Assembly (NCBI GenBank): GCA_036172245.1
Contig: JAYWIR010000006.1
Location: forward strand, 4,402,001 to 4,466,000
Origin: Raillietiella orientalis
Taxonomy: Eukaryota
Length of the DNA stretch: 64,000 nt
Direction of reading: 5' to 3'
Positions 1 through 13,400 of the stretch are shown piece by piece (position 1 is the stretch's first letter; every line of letters starts with the position of its first letter). Position numbers and translations under genes: made by a program. A model generated the notes under the pieces. That model was not told the origin of the DNA. It made no database searches and worked only from the letters and a program-made list of their open reading frames with translations.

Positions 1-2694
1 ATTGTACCGACAATAACGCTACTACTTGATGCAGAAAAAAAAAAAAACAAGCACCTCACAACTTAAAAGTACTACACAACGAGTTTGCCAATTTTCAAAA
101 TTACCAATTAAGCTAATGTAGCGAAGTATTCCCTACCGGAGACTTTCTTAGTCTACACAATAAGCAAACACCCTAGAGTTTTCAAGTTTCGGAGAAGAAA
201 ACAAGAACTATCAGACAGTGTCCATAATTATAAAAATTTTAAAGCAGAAATACTTATATGAAATTATAAACTGAAACATGTCAGTGTGAAAGGAGGGCAA
301 CTTACATCCAAATCCATCATTATGTAGCAAACGAATCGTTACTTGGAACGACACTTTAGGAAGTAAACATCATATGTTCATTATCTATTTAGGATTACCA
401 ACATCATTTTCACTTAGAAGTTTTGCCCTTGATTTCACAGCAGAAGAAGATGGCGATATTTTTTGAAAAATGGAATTAAATTACAAATGCAAGGGGAAAA
501 TATTTTGTATATTTAACGACATTTTAGATAGAATTACTTCACAGAACATTATGATTGTTCATTCTATTATATGAGCAAGCAGTACGTTACACGTGTGCTT
601 GCATACTTCTGCCATGCATTCTTATAAATGAATACTTGAGTCGATGAATCGTATACGTTGGCGATATTCTTAATATCTATGACAACTGCTGACAATTCAA
701 GGTCTCACAGGGGCTATCATAATGAAATGATAGGTCAGAGAGCGGATAAAACGAAATTAGTTTCAATATTAAATTGTATATTCAACTTCAATGAAAGTTA
801 CTTAGTAATCAGTATAACGAAGTGTACAAGAAAAGAATCATATCGATCTCTCAAAATTTAACTTCTTTTTCAAATATAAATATTAATTTGAAGACGCAAC
901 TCAAAGATAGTAAGAATGATAAATTAATTACGCTTCACAAGGATGAAGACGAAATGAAATTTTTGCGTGTGAATCTTCTGCAAATTTTATAATTAAAAAC
1001 AGAATAATTGTAATTGGTTAATTGTATAAGATGAATAGAATTTCTCATGAAAATATTCTTCAAATGATAAATATTTCTGCCATACATTGTAGTTAATACG
1101 GGAAAATCTTGGAGCAAGATGTTTTTTTGTTGGCCTAAGGAAGGAATCATCTCTAAAGCGTAGTAAACAAATGTAAAAAAACAGAAATAAAGTGACAACC
1201 TGTTTAGTAAGATTTCATTCTGCTTCGAAAGTGCAATACATGAAATTCTTGCAGAATCGACAGTTTTGAGTATTTATAATGAAATCACCATATTGCGGCA
1301 ATATATAATTATTCTCATCCTAAGAGATGTATGTTATGAGAAAGCATTTGCTATCTATGAAGAACAAAATGTTCAAGGGAAAGGGAAAGGGAACATCAAG
1401 GGAAAGAAAAAAAAGGTAGGATTGGATTCCTGCTTTCTGTATGTAGAATCCAATTAATGATCATTTATTCTGCTTCTTCAATGCAGATATGAGTAAAGAA
1501 ACATATTTACAAAACTAATCTATATGATTCTTTTTCTTGAACTCCATTGCACTTGTACATGTATTTTCAACAAAGAAATAAAAATTCCCTTCCGTTTTGA
1601 ATTTATTTCAATTTCATAATTCTTTCGTCATAATATCTTCTCATGCGTATTTCCTGAAATGTGAGGTTTCTCGTAACGGGATGCTTTTGAAATCCATTAA
1701 GAATATTCCCCTTACTTCGACAATTCACAAAAAGAAAAGAACACAAACTTTGTGTTTCGATTGGAAAAGGTGTGACCAAACAAATCTTATTTTCTTGTGT
1801 AATCACCGTCCTTTGCACCCGTCCATCGCTCCACTGACTTTTGCGTGCCTGCTGAGACAAGTTTCCGTCCTGTGCATTTGAAGGATTTCGTTGCTTCGCC
1901 ATTCAGAATTACATCTGCTTCAGGTTATCCATAAGTGGTTCGAACAGAAAGTTGCATGATGGCGAATCGGAGTTGTGTGCGGGTTGTTGCAATGTCTCAA
2001 AACTTTAATTCTTCCTTAGCGTGAGTCGTGTGTTGGCACTGTTCCCTTTTGCACGATAACACTCCTTCATCACCTTCATCACCATCATTGGTATCAGTCT
2101 GTTCTTTAAGATGCCTGTTTCGAGAAGTGAATGGTTTTGTTGATGCTGGTTTGCTCAAACCCATCATCGAAATCCCGGATTCAACAGTCCCCAGCTTCTC
2201 AGTCAACTTTTGAATCCCTGAGAACTCGATCGCTGCTGAATCTTCGATTTGCTCCACTGTCTTTGGCTTTCTGGAGAGAAATGGTGAAGCGACAAAACAA
2301 GGGTGGTTATCCTGTTATAAGTGCTCGTTCCTTCCTGTGCCACTCCAATCGATGTGTACAGATATGGGTGAGTTTCGTTGTTTCTCGGACACTGTTCTAC
2401 GCGCTTTGTTGTATCCGATTAGCTAATCCGTAGGTGCTGTCCAGTTCCGAAAGCCACCTCAGCGATGGCACCAGATTTCCCGTCATTCTCGATGATGGTG
2501 CCAGCACGTGCGATGTTTCCCCTTCCGAATCTTCTGAGTGATCTTCCTCCAGGAAGCTGGCTGGTGCATCTGTACAGCGATTTCCGATTGCTGACAGGTT
2601 TTCCGCTGGAGATGCCACATTGCGCCACACCTTGATGTTGAGGACAGTGCTTCAGAGCATTGCTATTCGCTGTTCTTCGGCACAGCCAGGAGGC

Positions 2695-3140
2695 GAGTGG
2701 GGCCGGTGGTATTGAAGAGGACATGCTAAGGCATTTCAAGTCTTCGGGCGCCTCGAGTTCGGCCCGTTTCGGTTGGGTAAGTCGCCACTTTGCAGGCTCC
2801 AACGCTGAAGTGTGTGCGGGTTGAGCGCTGCATGCGCAGGCGGGAGGACGCTGGGTGGTAAGACCGGGTAGGAAACGCGAGAGGATGGCGGCGGGAATGT
2901 CCACCCCCCCCCCTCCCCCGTTGGTGGTGGTTGAGGGCGCTGAGCTGGAGGCGCGAGAAACGGGGTCTCGTCGACCGGTGTGTGCGTTGATGGCTCGGAC
3001 GCCAACGCCAAGGACGGGTGCGCTGTTGCCGGGGTCAAACGGGAAAGTCCACATTCTTCCCGGGCGATCTTCACGCAGAGACCGAGTCTCCCGATGAGCG
3101 AGACGGGTGCGTGGGACCGTTTCGCCTTTCTTGAAACCCC
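2695..3140. repeat. Dispersed repeat A, copy 1 (about 445 bp, GC-rich)
   Basis: Near-identical direct copy at 17186-17630 (GAGTGGGGCCGGTGG...TTCGCCTTTCTTGAAACCCC) with unrelated flanks. Confidence 0.9.
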
Positions 3141-6100
3141 TAGTGGCCGCCATCGTAGAGGCAGCGATGGTGGGAAATCGATGGGTGTGCCATCCCCTTG
3201 TGTTCCTGTGCTTCCTTCTTTAGGTGCTCGTGTTGAAGAGTGTTGGAAAAAAGAGGGTTTCCACTCCCTCTTCGGCAGCTCAGGGCAAGCTGCAGCCGAA
3301 GAGGAAGCATTCCTCATTATTCGTCTCGCAGCCTGCCCCCTGCCCAAACCCTGGAAAGGACAAGGTGCACGAGTGCCTCCGTGAACCGAAAGCAGCCTTT
3401 GGTGCGGTGCAGGAGGAGAGCCAGAGAAATCGGGGTGTGGAGCGGATGGGAAATGGAATACCTCCTGACCACCTCACCTGGATGTCTCTTCTAACTGAGC
3501 AATCTTGGAGGAAAGAGGCAGAGTGGAACGACGAGATGGGTATTACGTTTGAAAGAAAGGCAGCTTACCATTAGAGACTAGATCTCCCTCAGATGTTCCC
3601 TTTAAAGGGTTTGCTTTCGTGTGGAGGACACTCCCTTCCTTCCTCTTCTGGATTTTCTCCTTGCCTCTAAAGGGGAGATCTCAGACGAGGGCAGGGAAGG
3701 TGATCGGTTTCAGCGTGATAAAGGGTGAAAACAATTTTGGAACATTGCAGGGAGGCCAGATGACCCCTGTTTTTTTTTCTTCTCCCCTCCGTTTTTTCCC
3801 CACTTGTGCCTTCTCAACGCTTCGTCTCCGCCCGTTTTCACGAAAGCGCTCAGAGAGCGGCGTGATGATTCCGGAGCAGTTCCTGCACCCGTCCAGAGGT
3901 GGCAGCACGAGAGCAGGGCGCTGCTCGATTTTGCTCCGGGCGTTCGAAAGGGTCGGCGGGGGCGCGATTCCCGCCGCAGCGTCCACGAGGCGGGTCTGCG
4001 GCGCGCTCCCGGAGCCGTTTCAGGACAGGGAGGAGAGGGGCCGGATGGGGGGCGATCAGGTTACGCGTTTTCGAGGCGCGGCTCGCCCGTTACCTCGCGC
4101 GCCCGGTCGTAGCGGCCGCGTCGTCGTCGTCCCGTCCGCCCTCTCCCACGGGAATCGCCACTACGGGAAGGGCTCGTCTTCCGGCCGCGCGCACCGATGA
4201 AAACGAAGGCGTTCCTTCTCTCGCACACGCACGGGCATCCCGCACGCAGCCTCGCGCAACGAGCTTCGATTAAACACGCTCGAATTCGATGAGGCGGCGT
4301 CGTCTTCGTTTCCATGGTGCTTCCTTGGTGTTTGTCATGTCGTCCGCGCTTTTCGATTCCGCTGAGAAATCACAAGAGAAATCAAGGGAGTGTCGTCCGT
4401 CCACGCAAGGCGAGGGACTGCCCTTTGTCCCCTCCTCCCGGCTCCGGGAGGCGCTCCGTTCAACTGAGGTGAGGTGGGGGTGGGCTTTGCCTCCAGTCAC
4501 GTCCGCGAAATGCCGCGGACGTGACTTCGACCCCGTGCGCCGAAGACCCCGCGAATTGCCCGCCGCGCAAGTGCCGCTGCTTGCCCTTCGTCAAGGGCCG
4601 CCTTTCACAACTCGCCGCAGCACTTTTGTGATCCGCCGCAGCAGTGCGCGAGCGCTGCGTCTCGCCCTCGGGATCCATCTGCCCATGTTTGCACGTCCAG
4701 TGTTTACATGTCACCTGATTACGCAGTGCAGTACGGGAGCACGGGATGCGATACTGGGCGTGCCGCGTGTTGCGTGTGTCGTGACCGCCCCCCTGGCACC
4801 CTGCTGCGCGCGTGAGTGTTCCAACTTGCGTGGGAGATCCTCGGCGGACTCGCGTCCCAGAGCCATCAAGCGTTTTCCGTAATCCAGGGATGCTCTCCCG
4901 GCTTCCTCCAGGGTTCGTTCTTTCCCGGGATCAGGTTTCTTCTGCCTGAGGTCTCGCCTGGATTTCGGGTGCGCGCGGCCCTTTAAGCGACGCTCCAGCT
5001 GCAGCGGTGCGGCGGCGGCCGCTCGTTTATGGAGCGAAAGCGATGGCGCGCAGGAAGCCGCCTTCTTCCGTGGTCCGCGGTCACTGCCGTCGCCTTTTTT
5101 TCCTGCGGCGCCAACTCCCGGTGTCCGAACGGCTTGCAGCAGTGGCGCTCCACAAACAAGTTTGCGCTCCGTCCGGCGTCCGCTCGGAAACAGGACTCTC
5201 GCGTGGCCTTCAAGGCTTTTTGTGTTGTCCCAGAAAGATGTTGCAGTCGGAGGGATCCACTTTTCTTTGGCGATTCTGCGTGCTCTGGATTATCCCGGGG
5301 ACCGTACTTCTGCGGGATGCCGTGTAAGTGGATGTCCAGGTTTCCAAGCGAACCATCAGAAGCTGCGGTACAGCTTCCCTGCTTGCGCAGGAAGTCTGAG
5401 GCTGCGTTCCCACAGTAAGACTGCACGCGAAAGGAAAATCCAACTGTCGGCCGTGGAGTTTCCATTTGGAGCAAGAAAGGGAAGCGGCCGGGGGTCGTCC
5501 AGCCACATTCCCGGACGCTCGCCACTTGGAAAAATCGAAAATCGTCAAAGTCAACCTGGCTGCATCACGAACATCAGCTGCCGCTTTAGAAGCTCGGGCA
5601 TAGCCGAAGCACCTTGAGCCACCAGGGAGACTTCGGGAAGCCGAGTGGGGACCTTTGTTTTTGCAGAGTTCCGCTCAGCATCTTGCGAAAGAAGTGCATC
5701 TGTCGTCTGCCCTCCAAGGCAGGAACGATCTCTTAAAACAAATCGCAGCTTAAGCAGCCTCCTCTAGTCAGAAACGACCCCGTTCAAATTGGTGCTCCCG
5801 TTCCTCCTTGGAGACACTTCTGAGCGGGACGATTTCTCGTTTTGTTTTCGGCTGTACAGGCTGATGGTACGTGGGTGACGCCATCCGTGATTTTCGAATA
5901 TAGCAAGATATTTTCTCCGCTCCTGGAACATGCGCGCACATTTGCGCATGCGTTTGTTAACTGGTGGTTTGGAATGCTTCGGCACTCCGAGCGGCCAACT
6001 CCCGAAGACAAGTTGGCTCAGCCGTCCGGAAACAGATAACGCAGCCAGACCTGTGATGGAGCGAAAGTATCAGTTAACGTCAAGCGCGGATGCCAAAAGG

Positions 6101-7624
6101 AAGCACAGCACCACGAGGCGACACCATGGAATCCTTTCGACAGGCTCGAGGAGTGCCAGAAGAGCGAGTGACCATGATCTCTCAGATGACCACCCGACCC
6201 ATGGGCGCATGCACTCGGAGCGCGCGGGTGCGATTCGGTCGTGATCGAGGATCGCACTGAGGAGCAAGGATGAAACAGCTGGACCAAGACCGACATCGTG
6301 GAACTTCGAAAGGAAAGTTGGTCCTTGAGCCGCCACATGGTTGTTACTGGCCACCTGGACTTGCAATCTGCAAGTCGAAAACGGAACACGGAGTAGTCCA
6401 TCCTTTTCCGCTTGCTTTGATGACCTGCCTTTGGGCATCAAGGAATTCACCCCTCATACGCAACATCCAACACGAGTGCTCGGTGCACGAATAAATTCTT
6501 CACGCGGCTGCGGATTACCTCACCACGCCCGCTGTCCAGCTGAGGCCCTCGGTCGGTAACTGCTACAGCTCTGACGTGCGTGCATTGATGCATGGTGCAG
6601 TGCCCTCGGGTACCCCAAGCGGATCCGCGACTTCCCTTCCATGAGTGCACCTAGGCAGACTCGCCTGCTAGCGGAACCGAAAGCCCGCAGTTGGGCGGCT
6701 GGGAAAAGTGACTGCGTTGAGACCTGAGTGCCCAGCCAGCCCAGCATGCGAAGGCTGGAAGCTTCTTGCGGTATGCAGGGACCGCGGGACAGCAACTGCC
6801 GCGTTCCCAGAGCACCATCGTGGCCACTTTCGTTTTCGTACCGAAAGCAAATGCGACGAAGCGCCTCTCAGTCCTCCAACTAGGCAGCAAGTCTCTCCAC
6901 CTGCAAGCCAAGTGGATCGGAGGAGCACCGGTGGAGTAACCCCTTTCCGGAAAGCGGACCCGCGGGCGTTGTCTCCACGCCGACCTCGCGTTCATAAAGA
7001 AAGCTGTTGTGTTTGTGTCACGACAATCGTGTTCCCTTATCCTTCCGCCTGAGTGCTTCCCACTCGAGGGAGCATGCAAGTCAGCAGGAAGCGCTTCTTG
7101 TCCCTCCGTCAGCCCCCAGGTAGTGCGTTCACTTTGTGTGCGAGTTTGACACATCATGCTCTCAGCATGGGCAGCATGCGACCCTCTGATTGACGGCCAC
7201 GAACACCTCCTCCGAAACGTTGCATACGAACTCTTCAACGGACTGTGAGCGCGGCGCTCTGGATTATTCCAGAATGCAGACTCTCTCCCTTTTCCTTTCC
7301 AATTTCGCTACCGGGAGGCGGACATGTTTGCCTCACATAGCGCCTATAGAGAAATGTGCGACGTTCCCAGTCCACGCTTCAAAAGTGAGACGAGAGGGCA
7401 CGAAATGACCTCTGTGCGCCGCGAGATCGCGGGGTGCACCCCATCCCGTCCAATATTCCCTCCCCCGCCTCTTATGGCCAAGAGAACGGGACCGAAACGT
7501 GCCAAACACTTGCAGACGTGCTCCAGTAGGTCCCACTTCCTATCCTGCACACACACGCTCTTCCTCCTCGAGGAACCAACCGGCCCAAACACGCGAAAGG
7601 AGTCGACGCGAGGCGTCCGCAGCC

Positions 7625-9087
7625 ATGTTAAACCTACCCGTCGACGCGAAGCAGAACGCAAAAGTTCAGAGACTCAGGCAGCAGATGGAGCAGAGGAAAC
7701 AGCGCATCCTGAACCCGAAGCAGTACGCGCTGGGAGTAGGTCGAGCATCAGAAGTGGAGACGGGGAACCTTTCCTCCTCTCTCCCAGATCGACCTGCAAG
7801 GTGTGGAGCAGCAAATCCAGGAAAAACAGCTCCAGAGACGAAGGGATAAAGAGATTGACGAGGCCATCGAGAAGCTCATGATACGCAACGACCACGTGGC
7901 ACAGGAGCTGCAGCGAAGAATGCTGATGGTACATCCCCGCCCGCTCCGAAGCAGCGCCTCGGAGCCTGACATCGAGGGGAGGCTGGGGTGTGTAATCGCC
8001 GCAGGAGCGAGTGGAACGGGATAAAGATATCGAGGCCTTCCGCCGGCTGTACCAGGGCCGCGAGCGGAGCCGAGAGTGGGACCTTAACAGCAAGGCTGGC
8101 ATTTTAGGAAACAGCATAGAAGAAGCCAAACTTGGCCCCTCCGCAGCCCAAAGGTGAGCCCCTGCTCTCCGTTCGATGCGCCGAGTTCTCACGAAACAAG
8201 AGTTAGACAGGTTTCAAGGCGAGGATGTCGAGTCGCAGGAGAAGAGACTCTGGAGTATGCGGCAGCAGCATGACTGGCTCCAGCAGCAGATCGCCGAGAA
8301 GAGGCAGTTGAGAGACCAGGAGCGCAGGGACAATGAACAGTACGAAGCCTACGTACGCTCTCTGAACAGCAGCCTACAGGACCTGGAAACTGCCAAGGAG
8401 CAGTGCCGCCGGTTCATCAGCGAGGCGACCAACCAACTCAACAAGCGGCTAGTAAGTTTTGTTCCTCCCCCTCTTCCGCTTCTCTTTTCTTGAATACAGA
8501 CAACCCTTTCGACACCATTCGATCTTGTATTGGGCAGCTGCCGCTGCCAAGGGGAGAGGGTGAGGGAGGAAGGGCTATCTCACTATGCTACCACCAGATG
8601 GAGGAGAAGCAAGCCAGGAGGGAGGAAGCTAAGCAACAGCTCAGCGAAAAGAACCGGATACACGTCGAGCCGTCTCACCACGAAGGGTGCAAAGATCATG
8701 ATGAGTTCCGCGGAATGAGCAAGGAAGAAGTGGACAACATACGAAAGCAGCAGCTGCAGCAGATCCAGGAACGAAAGGTAATTGCTTGTATTCCCTATTT
8801 TGGGATTCCCAAAGACTGATGCTCTGCTCTCCTCTCTCCCTCTCTTTCAGCAAAGGGAGACAAAGATGGCGCAAGAGGAAGAACAGTGGGCGCGGATGCT
8901 AAAGCACTACGAAGCAATGTATGACCATGCTGCAGATGAAGCTTCAAGGCGGAGGAGGGACCTGCTGCTTCAGCTGCAGAAGGAAAATGCCCACCTGGCG
9001 GAAGAGCAAAAGCACCGGCGGGTGGAAGAAAAGTTCGCAGTAAACACTGACGAGTTCTTCAAGCACTTTGGGACCAGTGCCCGCTGA
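7625..9087 (+). CDS. RIB43A: RIB43A-like coiled-coil protein (RIBC1/RIBC2 family, ciliary doublet microtubule inner protein), 6 exons, about 352 aa
   Basis: Exons 7625-7735, 7788-7928, 8005-8153, 8211-8451, 8598-8777 and 8851-9087; all introns GT-AG and frame-consistent (1059 nt). The product carries RIB43A-family motifs: MLNLPVD...EQRKQRILNPKQYALGIDLQG, REWDLN, GPSAAQRFQGED, WLQQQIAEK, FRGMSKEE...QLQQIQE and C-terminal EFFKHFGTSAR*. Confidence 0.88.
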
Positions 9088-9090
9088 CTG

Positions 9091-10335
9091 TCACGAGTCA
9101 GAGAATGTAGCCAATAAAATATCAGCTGCAGCTCCAGGGGTCATCCGCCCATTGAGCACATCCAGTTCAAGGCGGGGGAGCATGGCACTGACAGAGGTGT
9201 GCTGACAGAACAAGTCGAGGACAGAGTCTTTTATGTGTCGCCACATCCACAACTGCCGCTGCTCTCGACGGCGGACTTCTAGTTCTCCAGAGCTCAGCAT
9301 TGTGGTATGGAACTGCTGCACAACTTCTCTCAGTTGCACCATGCCATCATTTGTTTTGCTGGACACCAGAAGAACCTGCAAGAAAGATACAATCCTCAAG
9401 TTAATGTGAAAATAAAAGTCCCACCCTGCTGAGCAACCTGTGGCTTCCAGCATGTTGTCCGTGGACGCATGTACTTCAGTGCACTCACATATTCCTGCTT
9501 CATGCGTCTGGCAGGCACTAGAAGGTCACCATCAGCTTTGGTTACCACTACTATATCAGCACACTCTATCACACCACGCTTCAATCCCTGCAGCTCATCT
9601 CCTGCTGCAGGTGGCACAAGCAACACAAAGCAGTCCACCATGCCTGCCACAGCCAGCTCTGACTGGCCTACCCCTGCACCCAGTACGCCACTAGTGTCTG
9701 CACCCTCTACCTACGGTCTCCACTAACAGGAACTCAAATCCAGCACTTTCACATAGGCAGATGGCTTCTTGAGTAGCCCGAGTCACACCTCCAAGATGGC
9801 CACCTGTTGGTGAGGGGCGGATAAAGGCATTTGGTTCCCTGGCCAGTCGTGGCATCCTTGTCTTGTCACCCAGCAACGATCCTGCTTGGAAAATAACACC
9901 AGGAAGGAGGAACAGGGGTGACTGACGTACCACCTGTCCTGATAGATGATGGATCTACTGCCAACACAGCCACTTTGTGACCACTAGATGTCAAAATACA
10001 GCCAAAAGTCTCAATTAAGGTTGATTTGCCTGTGCCTGGAGGCCCTGAGAGTCCTGTTTGTCACCATGCAAATCATTTCTCTTTCCTTTACATTGATCAC
10101 ACTGACCAATGCGTTGACTAACCCGACCTGTGTGATGATTCAACACAAGATCCAGCAAAACTTTTGCTGCTTTCCTCTTTTCAGTGTGAATACTTTCCAC
10201 CAGTGTAATGCCCTGGGCTAAATACTGCCGGTCACCTTTTACAATACCATTGTACAACAGTTGTGGATCGGGTGCTATAGTGGCAAAATTTCTGAGTGCT
10301 CTTGTATAACCAAGCCACTTGCCAGTTACAGCAGC
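9091..10335 (-). CDS. MMAA: Methylmalonic aciduria type A protein (MMAA/MeaB/ArgK family GTPase, cobalamin chaperone of methylmalonyl-CoA mutase); initiator Met must come from an upstream exon
   Basis: Minus-strand exons 10335-10107, 10053-9931, 9881-9711, 9673-9438 and 9375-9091 (1044 nt, frame-consistent, GT-AG). Motifs: [27 protein letters not shown] (Walker A), [79 protein letters not shown]. Confidence 0.95.
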
Positions 10336-10450
10336 CTAATAAAACACAAACTAACTGAAAAGATAGAAGAAAATGCTTTCCCACGCTCAAATAAATAGTA
10401 GTTCTAGTTAAATTTCCCTCTCTTGCTTAAGAAACAAGAGGCACTGGGAA

Positions 10451-10456
10451 TTTATT
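10451..10456 (-). promoter_or_regulatory. Candidate polyadenylation signal of PAM16
   Basis: AATAAA on the minus strand about 24 nt after the PAM16 stop and upstream of the MMAA first acceptor. Confidence 0.5.
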
Positions 10457-10479
10457 GTCAGCATCCTTAATATTCATTG

Positions 10480-13400
10480 CTAAAGACTTTTTTTCCACCT
10501 TTCCTGGGTGGATGTGGTTTGGTGTCGGATCTCTTCATCTATCCTTTGCTTTGCACGTATAACCTACATTTAACAATTTGTAAACATTCAATTTACGCGA
10601 TTAAGAAGTCCATTACTTTGGATTGCAGGTAAAATGATCCTCCATGTGCCTTGTCATTGACTTCAAAAAGGTGCTCAAAGCGTTTTACAATTTTCTCTGG
10701 ATCAAGTGAATCAATATTGAGGATTCGCTTAGCCTCATCCAAGGACATTCCCATGGTCATATTAGCTGCTGCAGTCTCAGCACCTTTCCTTCCACCTCCA
10801 GCAGCTCTAGCTGCTTGCTGACTGGCTTCATTGGAAAACAGTGTGGTAAATTCACCAATTGCTACATACCTTGCAATTCCTGTCTGAGAGCATGAGAAAA
10901 AGCCTTCACTAGGATCTGTGTTCCCGCAATAACAATCTGAATAAGGATCTTCGCCTATGGAGCAAAATACTGTCACAAAACTTCAACAATGGCATTAGAA
11001 ATCAAATTTCACTGTCTTGAGAACTATCACATTTTACTTAAGATTTACTTTCGCCTAATGATCGAATACGAAGAAATTAGGAACATAATTTCAATTTCAG
11101 CAAACTGTTTCAACTCAAGAAGGAAGTATATGAAAAAATATTGTCTAAAGGTGGGAGTTGATCTCTGCATATGAGATTTTGAAATACCTGATTCAACTAT
11201 TTATTTGAATTCTAAAGCTATGAAAACAGGTTTAAAAACAAAATAAAAAAAAAGGTAAATTACATAAGTCTACACATTGGTATAAGAACTGAGTGTGAGT
11301 AAAGCTGCCTCTCTAACAAGTTTCACATTTTACTTTGGCCAACCTCCAATGGAAATTACGTTCTCTCAGACTGACAAATAAAAAACATCAATGATGGGCC
11401 TTGAATACTTCAATGTTGTAAAATAAATGCGTGATCCATAGGAAACATGAAAGGGCACAACATATATAAAGATACTACATAAGATTCAATTTTCAAGTTC
11501 ATTCAAAGCTACTGCAAAATTCTAAACGTGGGAGTCTTAGGAGAGAAGGAACTGATATGGAACTTTTGAAAAATACAAACCATTCGACTTGAACATTTCT
11601 GATTTATGTCCAATATTTTATTACATAGTTTGCAATCTCCAAATTTTAATCAGTCTATCTTAGCTTTCCACACGTGATCCACAGAATTACCAAATACACA
11701 AATACTCTAAGAGATTATATGGAGTAGATTTTCCGGGGGATTTTCTCCTAGAACGCTATATAATCGTGATTATTTTATCTTTATAGAAGATACCTTCATG
11801 AACATTAAAAACTAAAGTAACTATTAAAAATACTGGGCATTCGAATCCATTGTTTTATGGGAAAGAAGCTACTGCAGCTGCATGACTTTTTATGGAACTA
11901 TTGGCTCTTGTCCTATGGAACTAAAACAGGAATACTGTTAGCTCCACATAGACAATTTTGTTCTTCCATTTTTACTTCAGATACAAAAAAGAGGTGAGAA
12001 ATGGATAGAATGTAGAAATAAACTACTAGGACATGACTGACGAAGAAGACGATCCATACAGTGGCGCATTAAGAAACGAAACGAAACGAACAATCATATG
12101 AAATGAAAACAAAACAAAATTTCTAGACTGAGATGCGAACCTGGAATGTGGTAGTACTGAAGAGAATTGGATCACAGTAAGAATAGGAAAGACTGACACC
12201 AAGAAAATTAAAGGGACTCCTCGAAGCTCTCGACACATTCCTACTCTACGGAGACTCAGTTCCTCTAAACATGGCGTTCCCAGAAGCTGCTTTCTGTTTT
12301 CAATGATTCTTCTCGCGCTTCCGATGCTTAATAGGAAGCTCCACATGCTACAGCATACACACATCATGCATCCAGCTGCACAGTCCATAGTCTAGAATGG
12401 AAACTAAACAATGGAAAAAAGATGCTTAAGTTGAGACAAGGGCTTGACCATCTAACATGAAAGTCAATATCCCGATTTTGCGGGGATGAGTTCCGATTCA
12501 AACCATTCTTCTATGCACTTAGTCATCTCATACGCACTCTTGGTTGACACCAAACAGCCTTTCTCGTTAATTTGCACTGTGAGACTCACGAGGAAGGGGA
12601 CATCATTATCAAAGAGATGAGAATTCCATCTATCCTTTGCTATCAAGTCACCTAGTGAAGTTTGATTGCTGTCATATTCTCAGATCAAAAGAGCAATGTA
12701 CCCTACATTGGTACTATTGAATTTCATCAATGTTTGCAGTGATCCAGAAAACTCTCAAAGATTATTGCACTTTCTCTGCAATTTGCATTTTTCTTCATTT
12801 TGTAAACCACCCTTCGAACGACATGCCGTGCTGCAAAATTCCTGCCAAGACTCGCAAACTGTGGGACGAGCCATGGTTTAGGAAAAGGATGAATTATATA
12901 TTCCGATGCCGAAAGTGTGGAGCAGATAGAATTACAAGTTATCATATGAAATTTCGATTTCCTCCGATTTACGCTGTCAGATTAACATTACAGATATGAC
13001 AGATGTCTTCCAGAACCTGTTTATTGACTCACAGATTTCCTTTATTTCGCTATTTTCCACCAGAAACTCCTAATCCTCCAGTTCGTATGTGAGCTAGTCT
13101 TGCAAATTGTGAGGGTACAGCCTTTCATATAGATTTATTTTGGAAACCAGACTTCCACTTCTCTTCTCATGACAAGGAAGTTTTCTTTGTTTATCTATGT
13201 GCTTAAGGAATCGTTGACCAAGGAATAGATTCCCTGCCTTGCCGAATGCCCAATTCCCTCCCTTTACCAAAGCTTTGATTTTTTCCTAGAAACGCTCGTC
13301 CGTTCTTTCTTCTCTAGGACGTCTAAGAAAGCCTTTGCATCTGCTCTTAAAGTCTTCACAACTTTCCAGAGTACTTCATTTTGAAGGCCCTTAGAAGTCA

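Noticed and set aside
1590..1902. Faint mariner-transposase-like words on the minus strand (RGIFLMDF; YYDERIMKL)
   Set aside because: They are in different frames and far closer together than in a real transposase, and no TIRs or DD34D triad were seen.
10593..10976. 127-aa ORF from the ORF track as the PAM16 protein
   Set aside because: Its N-terminal part reads exon 2 in the wrong frame and through an intron; the spliced model restores the family N-terminus.
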